Of a stretch of DNA of 64,000 nucleotides, positions 36,590 to 50,654 are shown one piece after another. The position numbers and the translations under genes are program-made. The stretch covers positions 186,001 to 250,000 of the forward strand of contig RSEE01000075.1 of NCBI GenBank assembly GCA_003971905.1. Reading direction: 5' to 3'. The DNA comes from Moniliella sp. 'wahieum'. Taxonomy: Eukaryota. The notes beneath the pieces were generated by a model. That model was not told the origin of the DNA. It ran no database searches and saw only the letters and a program-made list of their open reading frames with translations. Numbering within the stretch: the stretch's first letter is position 1; each line of letters starts with the position of its first letter.

Positions 36590-38451
36590 CGAGTCACTGG
36601 AGTCCAAACACTAGTCACCCAGCGCAAACACAACGGAGCCACGCAAGGAAAGGTGGATGTACTATTTCGAGCGAGCGACGGGAATAGGCCTGGAGGGGAA
36701 GCGACCTGGCGTTTGGTCCACCGATCCCAACGAGAACAACGCCCAAGAGGTATCAAGAGGGTGTGAGGCCGAAGAGGAAGAACGGGAAAGGACAGGGGAG
36801 AGTGCAGCCAGCGGCGCTGGTTGCGGTTGAGTGGGGCAGGCAGCACGAGAGAGAGGCTTGACAAACGGCACCGGGTCGGCCGGGACAAGAAGCATCGTGC
36901 CAAGAACCAGGGGGGCGCAGACCCAGCATTCAAGGCACCCACAGCTTGACGACAAACCCGATCCTGTCGCACCCATTCACCGTCTCCTCGTGTCAGACGA
37001 GCCATTGGCCGCCGCTCCGTTCGCCCATCGCGGCACATCGGGTGCCGCCCCCTCCACTTTGGCCCGACCCCAGGCGACCGTAGTAATAAAATGGGAGGGG
37101 CTTCCAGTGTGCGGGTAACTCGGCCTGACGCCAAATCCATACCTTCATCGTCTTATCATCCGACACCGAGATGAGGAACTTGCCATTGGGGGCAAATACC
37201 AACCCCCGGACCAATTGTCATGTCCTTGAGCGTCTTGAGACAAACACCATTCGGGTGTCCCAGATCTTGATCGACTTGTCCGGCTGCCTGGGGCAGCGAA
37301 GAGGCCGGGTTGTCGTTCCTTCGTCTGCAGGTCGGAGTCAGTCACTGGTTACTGCTGGGGCAGAAGGGAGAAGGAAAAGACGTACCACTGGCATACCGCC
37401 AGCTAAATAGGGCTGGATACGCAGTCACGGGGGCAAATACTGCCACTCGACTACGTGCTCGTGTCCGCGGAGCTCATTTTGGTATTCCTGTAGTTGGATC
37501 CCACGTACGGGGTCTGGTCGTTGGAAGCGCTGATGAGCATCTTCCATCTTCCGAGGGACTCAACCAGCGCACCATTCCGAGTGACCAGTTAAGGTGCGCG
37601 TGCAGAATCCACTGGCCACCTCCCACACTCGGATCGTCGATCCCGACTGGCGCTGGCCAAGTAGGTGTCAGGGAGAAACTTGACGCTGGAGATGCTATGG
37701 TCATGACCATAAAGCGTCTTGACTGTCTTCCACTCGTTGTTGGTATCCCAAAGGCGAATGGTAAGGTCAGAGGAGCAGGATGCTGGAAGGTCAAATCAAC
37801 TGTCAGTCCTTCCCGTTCATAGAATAGAGCAGCCAGTAGGAGAGAGAGGCTACTGACCCAAAAAGTTGCCCTTGGAGTCAAAGTCCACATCTTGGACGGG
37901 TTTGGTGTGGCCCTTGAGCGTACGCTCAAACTCGCCCGTCTCCCAGTCCCACACTTTGATCGTCGCATCTTCCGAAGCCGAGACGAGGAGGGAAAATACG
38001 GGGTGAAACGTGACGCGGGTCACGGGGCTGCGGTGCGAGGAGAGCGAATAGCGGGCGGGCATACGGGGCGTCCAGTCGGCCTGAGACGCCGAGCGGCGGG
38101 TACCAGCCGGGGTCGAAGCAATCTCTTGCATCAACGCTGCGTTTTTGGCCTCCAACTCCATAATCTTCTTTTGCAGCCTAATCACGCTCGTCCACTTCTT
38201 CTCCAGTAGACCAGCATACTTGGCTTTAGAGTCCACAACAAAGTCGTCTTGCTCCGTCTCCATGGCCAATGCCTGGAATGAAGCAGTAAGACCGTTGGTC
38301 TGAAAGTAATCCAGAATGGAGTGGTTCCTGTTCAAGAGAGAGTAACGCGGGAAGCAAGTCAATACGCTGACACGATTTGAATTTTGCGAGTGAAGCTGCG
38401 GCAGACGTACAGCTCTTCCTTCTGACGTTGGGATAGTAGTGAGCGTGACAT
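36590..38451 (-). CDS. LIS1: Dynein regulator LIS1/Pac1/NudF (LisH, coiled coil, WD40); spliced, 3' end approximate
   Basis: [14 protein letters not shown]|intron|[90 protein letters not shown]. Confidence 0.95.
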
Positions 38452-41400
38452 GGTGGGTGGGCACGAAAACGATCGTTGCGAGGCGGGAAGGGGGGCGAGT
38501 CAAGGAGAGAAAACAAGCGCCAGAAAGCAGCCAAAGGAAGTGGGGACGCTGGGCTGGCAACAAACACAGGAGGAGCAAGGGCGGCCAAGGCAAACGCAAG
38601 CAGCACACACACAGTCCACGACAGATCCAATCCAGCGCGCGCGGATGGGGCAAGGGGGAGGGCAAGAGGAGGGACAAGCGCAAGCGCAAGCACAAACGCA
38701 CGCACACGGGTAAGCACAAGCACACGGGCCAAGAGCGGAGGCGGGCTCAGACAGCCTTTGGCCAGCAGCAGCAGATGGTGGGAGAATGCCCAGCCGTCGT
38801 CTCGCACTCACAACGGGGCCCGCGCACCGTTGGCAGGGGCTGGGCCCAACCCTAGCAGCCCACAGCGGTGCTGTGGCTAATGGTCACGTGCCTCCCTCCG
38901 ACATGCCACGTAGGTAGTCGTGGCTCCGAGCAACCCTAGCGCGTGCGCAGGGGCATGGTGCGTGATATGTGAGCGGTGATCAAGGTGATCCCTGGGGCCT
39001 GAGCGTACGTTGGAGGATAGCACCAAAATGCTCTCATGCTCCCGACGTGGTTCGCTGCTCTTGTTGCTTCCTCTTGCATGTCCATCGCCACCACCACCAC
39101 CAGTCGCAAGCGCCAATATATGCCAGCACACCGAAACATGTGCCAGCTCCCCTCACGGCGCATGTTTGCGCACTTCGAGCGATGGGGCTCTGTGGCATCT
39201 CTTAAGTTGATGGTTCATCATCAGCTGAGTACACTGCAATCGCATATATAGTTTTCCAAGGCAAGCCATCGAACCCGGGCCTCTCCACTTTTCACATGGC
39301 TGCGTTAAACAGATGTCAGGTATCCATTCAAGCTTGGAAGGCTTGCTCCGAGCACCCAGTCTAATACATGCACCTGTCTTCAGCAAGAAACGACGAGATG
39401 GCGTCTCATGTCTTGGGCTTGACCACACTGAATGTATGTTCGAAAGCCCCACTAGATCTTCATCAATCGTCCTGGCCGGAGATTTTCATCCGTATCTTTC
39501 CCACTCTCTCTGAACTCGTTGGTAGACGATAGTCCCCCCCATGCCACTGCCATACCGAGGTTCGACTTGAGGGCCACACACAACGGCCACAATCAATCCA
39601 TGCAGAGGAGGAGTGGCCAATTCTGTTGCTGGGACAAATGCCAGGCCTCACAGGACCCAGTTCTCCCGTCAATGCAATACACAGAACTCAAAACAGTACC
39701 GCTAGTAATGTGCAAAGCCATCAGCTTGCTTCAGCACGACAAAAACAAAAAGTTCGTCGTATTTATTAACCATCACCTCCGTACATCTCCGTGTGGTTGG
39801 GCCCGAAGACCCAGAGGATTCACATTCAGTACACAATAATGAGCTTCCCTCAGTCTGATGCGGTGGTACTCCTGGGGCATATTAGCTTGCACCCGAAGTG
39901 TACTTCCCCGTCCCACATGGTCACAGGTGCACACCTTGGTTGCGTCCGTGTGGTTTTGGTATACGCTCTCACTATTAGTAATGGTATACGACGACCCCTG
40001 GTACAGGCCGGCGTGACTGGAAAGGGAATGGCAAGAAAGGGAAAGATGTCACCAGGTGCGTGGACGACGTGTAGAGCCGCCCTTCCATGCCAGCACCTGA
40101 GGTGTATGCAGAAAGAGGTGTACCGTCGGGCTTGTTGGGCGCCCACAAGTTATACTATATGCAAGTTATGGGGGCATTTGCTTGTGAGCACCTCTCAGTA
40201 ACCCGCTCCGAATTGGACACCTTTTCCCAGCCACAATCATCACTCCTCCCTCTCCTGAGGATACCGGCAAAGGTCCTGTAGAGGAAGCCAAACCACATCC
40301 ACCCTCTTTGCCCTCGGCTGAACATAGTCTCTTGTCTGACTGTGATGAGTTTGTGAGCATTACAACCCCCTCGCACATGAAAAGAAAACGTAAAGTATAG
40401 CACATGGGGGAGATCACAATTTGGGCAAGGTTCCCAGATGGAAAAGCAGAGCCCAGAGGCCTTCCATTTATCGATAACCCGGCGCTCTCCATCTTATGGC
40501 ATGTCACGCACGGAATGTGCTCTAAGAGACTGTACCCCGCCTTGGGCACACCTGAACCTCGGGGTGACACACCAGTAAGCCACACTTTCCTGTCACTGAC
40601 GATGCAACAGCGTCCTACGCCCCATTAGTATGATGGAATGTTAGCGGCTATACTGTTGCATGCTTCTGGACAGAGGATAGACTGGACGATGGAACGGTGA
40701 AACAGCAGACGAGCGGGGAAAGGGGTCTATGGAACGGTGAACATGGGGGGAAATATACCACAGTGAACCGTCGCCATCCTCACGAGGAGGGCTGGGGCAA
40801 AGCCCCAACAGACCAAGTCCAGTAGACCCGGTGGTACCCTCTTACCCAATGATATATGAGCCTCTGACGGTCATCAGATGCGCGCCGTCTCATTTGTGAG
40901 GGTACGCGCCGAAAGAATCCCTATGTATATAATAGGCAAAACCCGCACGTACGGAAAGAACCAACTGATGAGAAGCAAAAACTCACGAAGATCCCATAGT
41001 AGCTACTGTCAAAGTACGCACAAATTGCACGTTCTTTTCTCCTTTCACCAGTATTCGCGCGTCTTGCCCTATGTCCTTTTCATAATATTTTTTGCGTCTG
41101 TCAGTGTTTGTTGACTTTGTGGTCGATATGCTACGGTGTAGCGCTCTTGTATCTTTGTTTGGGGGGGATTCATCAGGCAACACTGTCAATTAATGTACTT
41201 AAAACCCTTCACATTCACGTGTGTCGCAGGCGAAGTTCCACCAGAGAAGACTGTGAACTCTAAATCATGAGACGGCTCCTACACCAGAGCTTGATTAATG
41301 ACATTTGAGTCATTTTTGTTTGTCCTGGTCATTTCCCCTGGGATGTGCATTAACGCTTTTAACTGAGTACAACACAACTCTAGTAGACTATACTTTTTAT

Positions 41401-42733
41401 GCTTCGCCAGGCTCTATGTTCTGGTCTTTTATTTCTTCTCCACACGAGCGACTTCTCGACTGTGGAGCTTTTCTCGTCGTCCTCTTGCCTTGTTTGTCCT
41501 CGACTGTGACATGCGACAGCGCATCAGCGCCTCCCAGAGAGGCTCTATGGGAATATCTCAAAAATGTATGCATCAATACCCCTGGTGATCAGGTGGCCTG
41601 ACGTTTTACTTTTTCAAGTGTCTCTGTACTTGGCCACTGCACCACAAGCTGTCAATATAATGCGCGGGCAGCAGAAGACGATGAGATATCGATTATGTCG
41701 ATGATATGTCGATGATGTAGATTATTATGTCGATTACGAGTATATTATGTCGATGATACAGATGATGTGTGTTGATGATTGAGGTCATGCTCACCGTGAG
41801 TTGCATGTGAGCTGCATGGACAATCTCTAGAGAGACTTTCCAAAAGCTTCAAGACGGGATTAAAGCCACAGAGAGAGGGGTCTCAATTCAGATCATTCAG
41901 ACAGGATACTGCGGTCCCGAGGGCGGCTGAGTGCTCAGGCTGAGCATTATGCAGTAGGCTGAGTGCTGTGAGTCTCATCCTTAGGAGTCCTTATTAGCCC
42001 TCGGGCCTCAGACTGGTTCGCTGAGCGCGAGGCGCACCGAGTTTTTCCAGTTGTAGTAAGCCTTTTGAAGGCGGAGAGATGTGGAGCGAGTGGACTGTGC
42101 GGGGTGTTGCACGGAACGGGGTGGGCCTCCAACGGCACGAGGGGTATGTACTTTAGGGGCTGACAATGCCAGGCTGACGACAGTGGCGCTGGGCCTCTGT
42201 GCTGAGGCGCTGAGGGCCTACTGTGCTGATGCGCGGCACTGCGGCACTGAGGCATGCCTGCGACGGATGGCTTAGGCCGCGCACAAAGAGCGGAACACAG
42301 AATGTGTTTTGGCCGTCCTCTTGTTTGAGTTGTCAGCATCAGCATCCGACGCGCAATAGCCTCCGCAGCCCATCCTGCTTCCCGTCCCGCGCTCAGCGTG
42401 GGCATTGCCGTGCGTGCGGTGCACTCCGACGCGCAGAGATGCAGTGGGTACTGAGCACGGAGCATTGCGCGACTCTCTTCCTCTCTCGCTGACTCCGCCT
42501 CGGTATCTTCTTCATCTGTTTCTGTTAATTACCTTTTTGGCCCACATCTAGCCCCTCCCCCGTCTCCGTCTCTCCTCCTTCGCTCCTCCCTCCTACACTC
42601 TCCGCCTCCTCCCACCCACAGGAGTCGGCACTAAAGAGGACGGGCAACCACATACCTGCTTCTCTGACCTCCCCCACATCATGCACGACCCTCACCAACC
42701 CCAGTTCTATTATCCAGCGCTCTTCCCCGTCCG

Positions 42734-44054
42734 ATGGACAGGATGGCCGCTTCTTCGATGCCCAAGCATCGCTTTCCAACCCCAAGTCTCCGAACAGGGA
42801 GAGCGGGTTCGCCGCTGGATACCGACACATACGCCGACGCTGACGATGGCACTTTGATTGGTTCGGCCAAGACGAGTCAGGTGGGCAAGGGACCCCGTCC
42901 CTCGGGCGTGAGCACCGCCTCCACAGCTCGAAAGCCTGTGCCGGACTACTCGTTGGGGCACCAACTCTCTCCCCAATCTGAAGAAGAGGGATGTTCAGAA
43001 CAAGAATCCTCTCAGCGAGGCACCCAGCCTGGACCTCACGATGTGGAGAAGGGGACAACCCCGCTTGAGTTCCAACAGGACCAGCCTCGCCGTGGAGTGC
43101 CTCGGCGCCCGATCGAATATGGCCTAAGCCAGCGCCACCTTGCTGGGGTGCCCCTTTCCCCGACAGTGGCTGCGTTGCTCCCACCAAGCCTTTTGGTGGG
43201 ACATGTGGCGCATCCCGGGGCCTTTGAGCTTTAGCACGCGCCAGGGATGGTATCTGTTGGTCTTTCACGTCTTCGCCGCCATCATCATTTCCGCCGCGGC
43301 CAACTTTGGCATCGCTTGCGCCATGTACCGTAAGAACTCGGACAATAACGTGACCATGTGGGAGCTCAAGCACAACACTGTTGCCGGCGACACGGCGGTC
43401 ACCATCCTGATCCAGGGTACGGTGACCTTTGCCATTACGTCGACCATGGTGCAACACGATCTCACCACTGGTCTCATTGCTCCGTTGCGCCGTCCTTGGC
43501 CGTATTTGTTGCATCTTCCCTCGACACCCCAGCGACATGGCACAAGTGTGCTGGGAACACGTTTGCCCTCTCAAGTACCCGAAGGAGCCGAATTGCCCAT
43601 GGGCCCCCTAGTCACGCCCGAATCGTCTTCGATCAAGACTTTTTCCTATGGTTTGTCCGCTTCTGTTTGTGGAACGGAGCGTAACGACCTTCTTGCGCCT
43701 TCTATTGGGTGGGGCCAACGGTGTGAGCGGCTGATCTGGACGCTGCTGCAAGGCCTTGGACTTTCGGCTTTGGTTTTCTGGGCCCCGTTTTGGGGCATCT
43801 CCCTGTGCATTATTGCGCCGATTTGGACCATCACCAGATGGCCCATACTTGGATTGCACCGGCCATCAAGTGCACCTATGGTGGCATCCTGGCCCTCGTC
43901 ATCAAACCCTTTCTTTTGCCTCGTTGCCATGGGCGCCGAGTCGAACGTTAAGCGGGCATACCCGAGTGCAGCTCTGGAAGGAAGATGGGCTGAACCCGAT
44001 CAATGCGTGACCATCCGCAAGGAGTCCGAGGCCAGTGCTGATGCTGAAGAGTAG
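42734..44054 (+). CDS. Conserved-looking fungal integral membrane protein (about 4 TM), function unknown
   Basis: Disordered N-terminus, then hydrophobic segments WYLLVFHVFAAIIISAAANFGIACAMY, TVAGDTAVTILIQGTVTFAI, LIWTLLQGLGLSALVFWAPFWGISLCII. Confidence 0.65.
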
Positions 44055-44248
44055 GCATCTTGATATCCCCCCCTTCCCCTTCTTTCCCTCTCTCTTTGAG
44101 ATCATCACATCACCTTGACCTCTTCCTCCACATGTCCTATACACGTGCTAAAGAGTAGGTCTTGATATCCCCCCTTTCCCCTCCTCTTCTTCCTTCTGAG
44201 ATCACCACCATCGCCTTTTGGCCTCTTCCTCCACATGTCCTATACACA
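44047..44248. repeat. ~100-bp imperfect tandem duplication downstream of the stop codon
   Basis: AAGAGTAGG..CTTGATATCCCCCC..GAGATCA..CCTCTTCCTCCACATGTCCTATACAC occurs twice. Confidence 0.85.
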
Positions 44249-44385
44249 TATTCACACATGATGCCCTTGATCGACTACCCATACCCTTGAGTCCTAGTTT
44301 GCAGGGGGTTATTATGCCATCATCTAGCGACCCCCGACTCTTGTCCACCACGCGAGGGTTTCTGCAGTACATACAATACAGTGCT

Positions 44386-45879
44386 TTAGGCCATGCGCAA
44401 CACAAGAATGAAGATGGCAACTTGGGTTGCCAGTGTTCCCAACGCAACCACGCCACCACATTGCCGCGGTCTTGAAGTGGGACACCCCGTGCAGCGCAGG
44501 CTGGACCGAATCCCAGGCCAATGCCCGAGCCCGAATTCTGGCCCGGTCCCAACGCAATTGGCGTTGGTAGCGGCGGAATTGCTGCCGCTCCAGCTCGGCC
44601 TGAGAGGGTGGTGCACCAACCTCGGTTGACGGCCCTGCCTCCATCGACGGGGGGAAGAAGGAGAAGGCGGAGGCTGAGCCGTGTTCCGCGAACGGACGGA
44701 GCTGCTCCGATGTCCGGAGTACCAAGGTGCTGTTCACCAATTGGACCGGCAAGTGCAAAACATCTTGAAGGCTGAACCTGCGTCGGGGGTCGGGTGGATG
44801 CAGGAGGGGTCCGAGAGTTGATTGGCTTCGCTTGCGCGGCGGGGCACGATAGGTCTTGCTCTCTCTTCCTGTCCTGGTAAAAGCTCAGTTGGACCGCCAT
44901 CTCGCCCCTCATTATTGGTCCCTTTTCTTCTTCCTGTTCCTGTTCCTGTTCCTCGGCCAGCTGCTCGCGCTCGCTGTGATTCCAGGACCGAGGCAAGGCA
45001 TGGTCCAGCACCGCATGCAACTGGTCAGCCATTGGCTCCCACCACGGCGTCGGCGCATCGGAACGCGCCATGCGATACACATTTTCCCGGCCCAGATTCG
45101 ACCGATACCATGCTGCGATCGCCAGAAAGACAGCGAGCGCAACGGATGCCACGCCAATATAGTAGAACGAGTGTTGGAACAGTTTGAGCACCAGCAACGC
45201 GTACGAAAGTTCCGCCAGGGCCGAACGCTTGTACGCGCCATCAAACGTACGCTGGTACGCCATCAGTCCAGCAACACTGCTGCCGAGCGGTCGGACGCAG
45301 CAGCAGTCTCTTGCTTCGACGGAAGCGCCAGTGATTCTCGTCCATGCGGGGCAGCGCTCGAGCTGGGATCGCCGCGCCGCTGGTGTACCGCAGGCGGGTG
45401 CCGAGCGCCCCAGTCGGATGGAGGAAGCGGAGGCCCGCCTAGCAAGTGTGGAACGGGAACCCACTGGGGCGGACCAGCAGCCTCGGCATGGATGTCAGCG
45501 GTGGAGCGACGAGAAGGCGGGATGGGGCGTGACGCGGTGGGATCAGTCTCGGGCGGATCAGGCACACTTGGGACACAAGGTGCCTTGGAGGCGGTCGCTT
45601 TGGCGGAGGGCAAGGTGCGGACATGGCCCTGACCACGGGTCGAATGGTGGTGGGTGCGCTTCAGACAGAAATGGAACGGGGAGAAGGCACGTGAGGTCGT
45701 CGGCCACGTCGGTGCGCAACGTTGCCGTCTGAGCCGCAGCACCGCCAACTTGTGTTGGCCTCGATGAACTCGATGAACGCCGTACGCAGGGCCGGCACGC
45801 TGCCCAAGAAGCCATGGCGTGCTGCCAAGTGAGGAGCACCTACTACGTACACCTCTGCAGCAAGGACACCTGCCGACAT
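44386..45879 (-). CDS. DUF202-like small membrane protein (start uncertain)
   Basis: SVEARDCC..RTFDGAYKRSALAELSYALLVLKLFQHSFYYIGVASVALAVFLAIAAWYR, and C-terminal FKTA..VALGTLATQVAIFILVLRMA. Confidence 0.6.
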
Positions 45880-47923
45880 TTGAAACGGAATATTCGCTAG
45901 CAGGTAATCAACGTATCAACGTAATCAACGTAATCAACTTTCCATGACGTGTATGACGTCACGCCCGCGTCAAGATGGCCGTGATCGACGCGATCGACTA
46001 CCGATGGCTGAAAATAGTGAGAACTTGATCTGATCAATCTAATCTCAGGTCCACGAGCCCACCCCCCACCATCGACTTGCCACCAGTGTATCGACGAGCC
46101 TTTGTCTTATGTCTGAAGAGACGAATGTAGCATGTGGGTCTGAGGTTCTCAGAAGGGTGGGGGACTGATGCCGAGGTTACCACAAAGCAGAGGGAGCGTC
46201 CAGGCGGATGTACGAGAGGGCGAAGCCCCGTCAGATCTCATCGAGATCATCAGAGAAGACCATAGACATAGTACTAGTGACATCAGTCACTAGTCACTAG
46301 TCATGGTGCAGGCGTCGCGTGAATGAGGCATTGCGTCTACGCCTTGTCCAGGAGGGGGGCTTTTGACCTTCTTGTCGACCGTCGTTCAGCTCCCAGATGG
46401 AGAGGTGAAGGAGAGGACAAAAGAAAGCAAGAACTGCCTCATCACCGTATCCGTTTTTTCAGGATGCCACATAGAATCTTTCCGCGGTGTGCGCAGCGTC
46501 TGCCCAGGTCGATAGCACCCACATCACCATCACGGGACGCGATTGCGCGGCTCTCATGCGCCATTGCACCCATTCGTACAAAAACAAGGCGTGGGCGTGG
46601 GGCAGTGCCTTGTGTGGATTGACTTATTTTGCATCAATTATGAGAACGGTGCATCGTCGCCAGCGTCTTCCTGAGGTTCGGCTCCTCACACCTGCTGGCC
46701 CAGGGCGACCGTGGGACCGTTGCGGCGCAATTGCTCCCAAGGCACGTGACGCGCGTGACGTGAGGCATCTACTCAGTGGAATGGTGCCAACCACAGCCAC
46801 GGAAAGGAAAGGAGCACATGACCACACCTGCGAAACTATGCACTGGTGGGGCGCTGCCCCCATTCCGCAACACGCATCGCCAATTTCTCCTTGCCGACGT
46901 CGTGATCGTGCTGGTCCCTAACAGAAGCGTCATCTTGCCTTATGGATCAAAGAGACTGACCACAATTTTCTCAACGATGTTGTGAAGCCTTCCTATCGCC
47001 ACCATCACCTGATGGTACCCCCGTTGAGCGGCCCTCCCCGCCGACCTTTCAATCGCGCCGCTAATCCAAGCCCCCGCATCCACTTGCCAGGGACCGACCC
47101 AGTTCCTCGGAATGTCCCCGTCGGGAGGGAAGAAGGGGGGTGGGGGGGGGCTAAGTTGGAGCATGCATAACATTCTCCCGCTCACGACTGGTGCAGATTG
47201 TGTCTCAGACTCACTGACGTTGACTTTGGGCAATTCAGTTTTGCCGTTGCCCGAGCAAACGATTGGTAGGGCCATGCGCCGCTGTTCCTCATCATCGTTG
47301 CCCTGCATTGGTAGCCACGCTAGACCGGAACAGGACCGAGGGGGCGAGGTGGGCTACGTTTGTCACTATTGAGGCCTGAGGGGAGGTATGCGAGCCGGGT
47401 GAAGTGGGCCTGCACAGGGTGCGGGCGAATGCTCATCCTCCCTGGTCCGTATCTCGATCCCCACCGTTTCTTCCCCTTCATCACCCCCATCTGTCGCCGG
47501 GTGAACCAAGGCAAATGTACATCGAATCAAGTTTCACACGCCAGAACCGAAAGAACAGTTGTGGCCAGTGTTGGTCGCGTGGTATTGGCTAAAGAAAAGA
47601 GGGAGAAGTGCGGACATGATGACAGAGCGGAGAGGAAGTCGAGCGGGGGGAGGGGTTCGAAGCAGATGCGATCAACGAGAAAAAAGAAATGGGGAAAAGG
47701 CAGGCAAAAAAAGGAGAGGGGGGAAACAAGTTCGCTGGCCAGGCGACTTGTCCGAGGCGGAGTGGGGGGCCTAGTTCCGATGGTGGGCGTGTCTGGGGTC
47801 GTAGGTTGAGTGCGCAAGGCACGTGAGGGTGAACGGCACCGAGATGGGGGCCTGGGGAGGGGGAGGGGGAATGCAGTGGATCAATGAGAGAGGGATAGCA
47901 TATGGCTAGATCACCCTTCGACC

Positions 47924-48568
47924 TCATAGGACAATGCAACAGCCCGAACTTGGCGAGGATTGCATCTGCCCTCGTTTTTCGTTCGCCCGGGTGGCAGCGG
48001 TGACAGGACCTTGTTGGATGTCCTGGTCCCGCACCATGATCGCCGCCCGAGTCGCCGCTTCAAAGACGGCATCAACGCCCTCGTTGTTGAGTGCTGATGT
48101 TTCTAGGTAAACTTTGGATCCAATCGTCTTGGCCATCTCCTGCCCCTGCTTTTTCGTGACACAGCTTTCGGGCGAGGGGGACTGGTCGCGCAAGTCGCGC
48201 TTGCATCCGACGAGGATGACGGGGATGCGTTGGCCGCAAATTTGACGCACCTCGTCATTCCACTTGTACCGCACATTCTCCAGACTGTCGGGCGTATCGA
48301 GCGCAAATGCAATCAGAATGACGTGCGCATGCGAGTAGCTCAACGGACGCAACCGTTCATACTCTTCTTGCCCCGCCGTGTCCCAGAGGGCGAGGAGGAT
48401 GGGTTTGCCATCCAGACGGATCTCTGCCACATAGTTCTCGAAGATCGTGGGCTGATACTGGTGCGGAAACTCGCCCAGGGCAAAGACGCACAGCAACGAC
48501 GTCTTGCCGCACGCGCCATCGCCAACGATGACCAGCTTGCGGCGGATCGCAGCGGGCGAGGGTGGCAT
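47924..48568 (-). CDS. RHO2: Rho-family GTPase Rho2
   Basis: RRKLVIVGDGACGKTSLLCVFALGEFP..PTIFENYVAEIRLDGK..LALWDTAGQEEYERLRPLSYS..SGCCIVL. Intact ORF. Confidence 0.93.
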   Translation of the reverse strand: MPPSPAAIRRKLVIVGDGACGKTSLLCVFALGEFPHQYQPTIFENYVAEIRLDGKPILLALWDTAGQEEYERLRPLSYSHAHVILIAFALDTPDSLENVRYKWNDEVRQICGQRIPVILVGCKRDLRDQSPSPESCVTKKQGQEMAKTIGSKVYLETSALNNEGVDAVFEAATRAAIMVRDQDIQQGPVTAATRANEKRGQMQSSPSSGCCIVL

Positions 48569-50654
48569 GGCGGAGACGAGCGGCGTAGCGTGGGGAGGGG
48601 GGGAGCGGGCACTGGTGTGCGCGAGACCAGCACGATACGAGGCGGGAGTGAGAGCGGGAGGAGGGGCAGTCGGGAGCGGTGGTGGCCGCGGGGGAAGAGG
48701 AGGCAGAGGTGGTGGTGGTGTGGGTGGAGCTGGAGTAAGGAATGAACGCCCCTCGGCCAGGCCCGGAGCCTGAGCGGCTGAGCGGCGGCAACGACGGCCG
48801 CGGCGGCGCTGCTGCCACCCACACCCGATCGCTGAGCGATGCGTGATGGCCATGATGGCAGTGCGCAGGCGATCGGTGCAAGCGGGCACTGCGGTCCTGT
48901 GCCTGCCGCCCAGGATCCGCCGCTGATCGCCCGGATCGATCGCTGATCTGGCGCCTGGCCGCTTGCCCAACGCAGCGCCTTGGCGCGACTGTGCTGGGGC
49001 TACCATCACGCGTCACCCCCCACCCCCAGTATCAGTCGCCGCAATCGCATCTGCCAGTCACTGGTCACCGGCCACTGGTTCACCGGTCACGGCAGCGGTG
49101 CTCAACCCTAGCGGCACTAGCCTAGCCCTCGGCGCGGGCGGGCCACCCGCGGCCCACCGAGGTACTGAGTGAGTACTGAGTACGCTGCGTGCCCAGACGG
49201 ACGCCTGAGCCGGGGCGCACCGCCTTGACAGAAAGGCCAACCTGTTTCTCTCCCAGAGTGCTGCTGGTCCACAGCGTGCACGGTGCCCCAACCGGTGGGT
49301 GTGCTCTCGTCTCATCTCATTCGTCCTTGCTCTTCACCAGTCCGCCTCGGGCGTTCAGAATTCAGAATCCGTCCTGCTGTCGCCTCACACCGTCCCTCTG
49401 GGAACGCCTCTCCCTGCCCGCGGTTCTTTCACTGGCCGCGCACCATAATGGAGAGATGAGATCTGTCATGGGCCTCTAATCCGGTGGGTGTGTTTCATAG
49501 AGCTTCTTCAACTGGCCCTATGGCGCTTCCGCCGACGGCTTAGGTCGCTTAGGCCCTCACAACAATATCCCGGGGTATACTGTGCCTTGCCCCCAGACTC
49601 CGAGTTGGTCATTTGGTGTTGCGTTGATCGCAAGGCAGGAACATGGCAAGATGGAAAGCGGTGCACGTGTTGTGGTAATAATATGCGGAGTTGGAGGGAC
49701 CGGGGCAACAAGCAACCGCGGTGCATACCGGCGGCGGCCCGACACGGGGTCCGGGTTTTGCCAGAGTGGTCGGTAGCACTCCGATCGCCCCTGGTAGCCC
49801 CTGTGTTGCCATGCGGTATGAATATGCCGAGGTTATATCCCAAGCTCGCTGTTGCGATTGGGGTAAGAGCTGCGCCATTGTGGCTCTGTTATTTTTAGCT
49901 GTTCACTTTCTTTGCAAGTCTGGGAAAGACCCTTCTTGGCACGGTTATTCTGTTCAAGCTTCAAGCTGCTCCACACTCAAAAGGGGATCCCGAGCAACAG
50001 GCTTGGACAATATCGACTCACTGGCTGTTTCTTTGAGCTCCCACGCACGGTGGATCGCTCCCTACTGTTATGGAACAAGACTCGGCTCACATGCTGCCCA
50101 CGCGTCTTTGATGAACTTGGAGTTGATCGATGATATAACACCCCCAGGACCGAACGAGGGCCCCACCTAATTGTCCTGCCTTTTCTTCCCTCGTATCAGT
50201 AAGCTGAGTGACGATGCAGTCGCCAAAAGCCCGATGGGTCGTGCCATGTAGTCTCCACGATCAGGACGACGGACATACGTTCACCGCCCAGAGCATCCGG
50301 TCTACTAGCGCGAACGGGACCAACAGCACTGGCTTCTCCCTCGAGGCGTACCCGTTTCCCCCGCGTTTGCTCCCCCTCTCCATGTCTCTCAAGTCAAGCT
50401 TCAAGCTTCAAGTGACTTCAAGCTTCATTGGTCACTTAGTAATAGTCATTCGACCGGCCAGTCACTGTGCTGATCGACGGGCCGCGTCGATCGATGACCT
50501 CCAGACCAGCCTGAGCGAATGTCCTGTTTCCACATGCCAGAGTGCGACGTATGCTTTCCGTATCCTGTCTTTCCCACACGACATTGCCTACTTGGGCGTT
50601 TTATCTTCACTCTTCCGCGTCACATGTCACAGCCCCTGTGAGCCGGCGCGGCGC

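Noticed and set aside
44047..44248. 100-bp tandem duplication as a biological element
   Set aside because: Same artefact-like pattern as the duplication at 35 kb.
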